Virus record (IMG/VR): IMGVR_UViG_3300017903_000773
Coordinates: 1 to 37,349 of that record
From: a virus
Lineage: Duplodnaviria; Caudoviricetes
Strand: one strand, 5' to 3'
Length of the DNA: 37,349 nucleotides
In this document: positions 35,252-37,349 of the stretch, one piece after another
How the letters are laid out: each line of letters opens with the position of its first letter
How positions within the stretch are numbered: position 1 is the first letter of the stretch
The notes under the pieces: model-generated
Database searches by the model: none
What the model was told of the DNA's origin: nothing
What the model saw: only the letters and a program-made list of their open reading frames with translations
Made by a program: the position numbers and the translations under genes

Positions 35252-35279
35252 TAAATTTAAGATACTTCGCACTTAATTT

Positions 35280-35633
35280 ATGCCAAACAAAAGAACCATT
35301 GACCTGTTAACTGAATCTTACAAAGATCAGATGACAGCAAGACGTAAATATGAGTTTAAAAATGCTCAAGGTGAAAAAGTAGTAGATTTATATTTCAAAC
35401 CATTAACAAGATTCGATAGACAAAGGGCGCAAAGTGTTGCTGGTACTGATGAGGCTCTTACAGTGTCAACTCAACTTCTTTGTCAAATGGCAGAACTTGA
35501 AGATGGTACAAAAGCTTTTGCCCTTGCAGATGCACCAAACTTACAAAGAGAATTACCAGAGAATATTTTAAATGAAATAGAGTTATTTTTGTTTGATATA
35601 AAACTTGATGTAGATACAGCAAAAAACGATTAA
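35280..35633 (+). CDS. Tail assembly chaperone (gpG-like)
   Basis: Between the tube and tape measure genes; ends with the slippery A AAA AAC. Confidence 0.82.
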   Translation: MPNKRTIDLLTESYKDQMTARRKYEFKNAQGEKVVDLYFKPLTRFDRQRAQSVAGTDEALTVSTQLLCQMAELEDGTKAFALADAPNLQRELPENILNEIELFLFDIKLDVDTAKND

Positions 35634-35809
35634 GGCGAGATAGTTGGCTTAATTTTGAGTTTTTTCTCGCAACAGAACTTGGTAAGACATTAATTGAATT
35701 AAGAAAGGCTGTAACAGAAGAGGAGCTTATTTATTGGGCTGCATATTATGAAAATAAATTTGACGAAGAAAAAAGAGCAGCACAACGACAAAAGGCCAAA
35801 TCAAGGTAA
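35621..35809 (+). CDS. -1 frameshift extension of the tail chaperone (gpT-like)
   Basis: Heptamer AAAAAAC at 35621-35627. The -1 frame reads RLRRDSWLNFEFFLATELGKTLIELR...WAAYY...KSR* and has no ATG of its own. Confidence 0.82.
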   Translation, partial: KKRLRRDSWLNFEFFLATELGKTLIELRKAVTEEELIYWAAYYENKFDEEKRAAQRQKAKSR

Positions 35810-35834
35810 TATATAATAAAGGTTATTTGTATTT

Positions 35835-37349
35835 GTGGCACAGGCTAATGTAAAACTTACGGTTGATGCTAGTGGTGCAACTAGAGCTTTAAACGGTGTT
35901 CAGAGTCAAACTAACAAATTACAATCTGCTTTTGGTGGCCTTAGAACTGCTCTAGGTGGTATAGGTCTTACATTGTTAGCAAAGAACGCAATACAAACAT
36001 CAACTAATTTTGAAAAATTAAATGTAAGACTTGGGCTTTTAACAAAAGCGTCTGGAACTTTTGCCAGATCACAAGAAATAGCTGCTGATGCACAGAAAGC
36101 TTTTGGATTAAGTGCAACTGAGGCTCTTGAAGGAATAACAGATATTACAGCTAGATTACAGCCTCTTGGTGTAGGAGTGGAAGATATAAAATCAACATTT
36201 TTTGGATTTAATACAGCAGCAAAATTGGCTGGAGCTTCAGCTATTGAATCATCAAATGCATTTAGACAATTAGCACAGGCTCTTGGTTCTGGAAGGCTAG
36301 CTGGAGATGAATTTAGAAGTATATCTGAACAAATACCAACATTGTTAGCTCCTATTGCTGAAGAATTAGATGTCAATGTGGGTGCGCTTAAAAAATTTGC
36401 TGCTGAAGGTAAATTAACAAGTGAAGTTGTATTAAGAGCATTAAGACAAATTGAAACAGATGGAGCTGCTTCGTTAAAAGCATTACTTGAAAATGACCCT
36501 ACACAGGTATTTAAAAATTTAGGAAATGAAACAGAAAATTTATCAAGAGCTTTTGGTGAGGCATTACAGCCTGCCGTGTTACCTGTTATTAAAGCATTAA
36601 CTCAATTAACTATTGCAGCAACTGAGTTTGTAAATTCTCCAATCGGAAAAACTGCACTAATATTTACAGCTATTGCGGTTGCAGCAAAAGGTGTTGTAAT
36701 AGTCTTGCCATTAGTTAGTGCTGCATTGATAAAAGTAGCTGCTGCTGGTGGTTTAGCTACTATTGCTTTAAATGCAATACCATTTGTTGCTGTTGCAACA
36801 GGAATTGGAGCTATAGTAACACAGTTAATAAAACAAAGACAGGAACAAGATAAAGTTACTCAAGCAATAAAAAATGGTGAAAAAGCACAGCTTGAAGCAC
36901 TTGAAGCTGATCTCGGCATAAAAATGGCAAAAGAAATAGCAATAATTAATGAGTCAACTGATAAAAGAACAATCGCAGCAGCAAAAAGAAGATTAGCAAT
37001 ATTAAAAGAGGAAATGAAACCTATAAAAGAAAGATTAGATACTGTGATTAAAGAAAATGCAGAACAGTTAAAGAAAAATAAAACAACACAAAAAAATAAA
37101 GAAATACAAGAGGAAATAAATAAACTAATAAAAGATAATTTAAAAAAAGCTATTGCTTATGAACAGGCAGAAATAGATTCTGTTAAGGCTAAAGGTAAAT
37201 TGATAGATCAATTAAGTGATCAAAAAGCTTTAGCACAAGCAGCAGTTGACGGAAATTTAGAACAAGTACAAACACAACAGGAAATAAATGCTCTTGTTGC
37301 AATTCATGGCGAGGGACTTAGAGATATAATTACAAAATATATTGAAGGC
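35835..37349 (+). CDS. Tail tape measure protein, N-terminal part (GTG start; ~693 aa in total across the join)
   Basis: AQANVKLTVDA start and FRQLAQALGSGRLAGDEFRSISEQIP tape-measure motif; Ala/Leu-rich helical; in frame with bases 1-708. Confidence 0.92.
   Translation, partial: MAQANVKLTVDASGATRALNGVQSQTNKLQSAFGGLRTALGGIGLTLLAKNAIQTSTNFEKLNVRLGLLTKASGTFARSQEIAADAQKAFGLSATEALEGITDITARLQPLGVGVEDIKSTFFGFNTAAKLAGASAIESSNAFRQLAQALGSGRLAGDEFRSISEQIPTLLAPIAEELDVNVGALKKFAAEGKLTSEVVLRALRQIETDGAASLKALLENDPTQVFKNLGNETENLSRAFGEALQPAVLPVIKALTQLTIAATEFVNSPIGKTALIFTAIAVAAKGVVIVLPLVSAALIKVAAAGGLATIALNAIPFVAVATGIGAIVTQLIKQRQEQDKVTQAIKNGEKAQLEALEADLGIKMAKEIAIINESTDKRTIAAAKRRLAILKEEMKPIKERLDTVIKENAEQLKKNKTTQKNKEIQEEINKLIKDNLKKAIAYEQAEIDSVKAKGKLIDQLSDQKALAQAAVDGNLEQVQTQQEINALVAIHGEGLRDIITKYIEG
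37209..37349. repeat. Terminal direct repeat (assembly circularisation overlap), copy 2
   Basis: Identical to 1-141. Confidence 0.97.

Noticed and set aside
35906-36376. 156-aa minus-strand ORF
   Set aside because: Antisense shadow of the tape measure gene, which the ORF track missed because it runs off the window end.
37209-37349. 141-bp terminal repeat as a biological terminal redundancy or att site
   Set aside because: It falls mid-tape-measure gene, and 141 is a common maximum assembler k-mer length. Best explained as a circular assembly overlap.

Overview
The window is a complete, circularly assembled (~37.2 kb) AT-rich siphovirus genome: bases 1-141 are identical to 37209-37349, and the tape-measure ORF reads in frame across the join. 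Gene content and order are lambdoid. From 35835 through the join to 10234 lie the tape measure, lambda-like M/L/K/I/J tail-tip genes and two tail-fibre genes. From 10.2 to 13.7 kb there is a strand-switching cluster of membrane and signal-peptide genes. A leftward recombination arm (SSB-like, Xis-like, Rad52/Sak, RecE-like exonuclease) and a rightward arm of tiny early genes are driven by back-to-back sigma70 promoters at ~16.8 kb. These are followed by NrdR-like Zn ribbon, RusA, an O-like replication initiator with an internal iteron origin, terminase, portal, a long MuF head protein, scaffold, capsid, neck, tail tube and a -1 frameshifted tail chaperone. The small accessory proteins resemble those of marine cyanophages, so a Prochlorococcus-type host is likely (inference). 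I could not recognise an integrase, CI repressor, DNA polymerase, helicase, endolysin, tRNA, CRISPR array or photosynthesis gene. Most notable: (1) a 111-nt multi-stem structured RNA candidate filling the gap between two convergent stop codons; (2) a secreted/membrane multi-gene module where a lysis cassette should be, in a genome with no recognisable peptidoglycan hydrolase; (3) a MuF-HEXXH polymorphic-toxin-like head protein with a convergent candidate immunity gene; (4) seven tiny Lys/Arg-rich genes in the head module; (5) a gpL lacking its Fe-S domain, alongside a tail fibre with an inserted type-1-copper-like domain; (6) regulatory grammar: phased operators, GAGA hairpins, repeated leaders, -10 boxes embedded in stop codons, and twin UUGUG hairpins before the capsid gene. 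All product calls come from visual motif and synteny recognition, not database searches.
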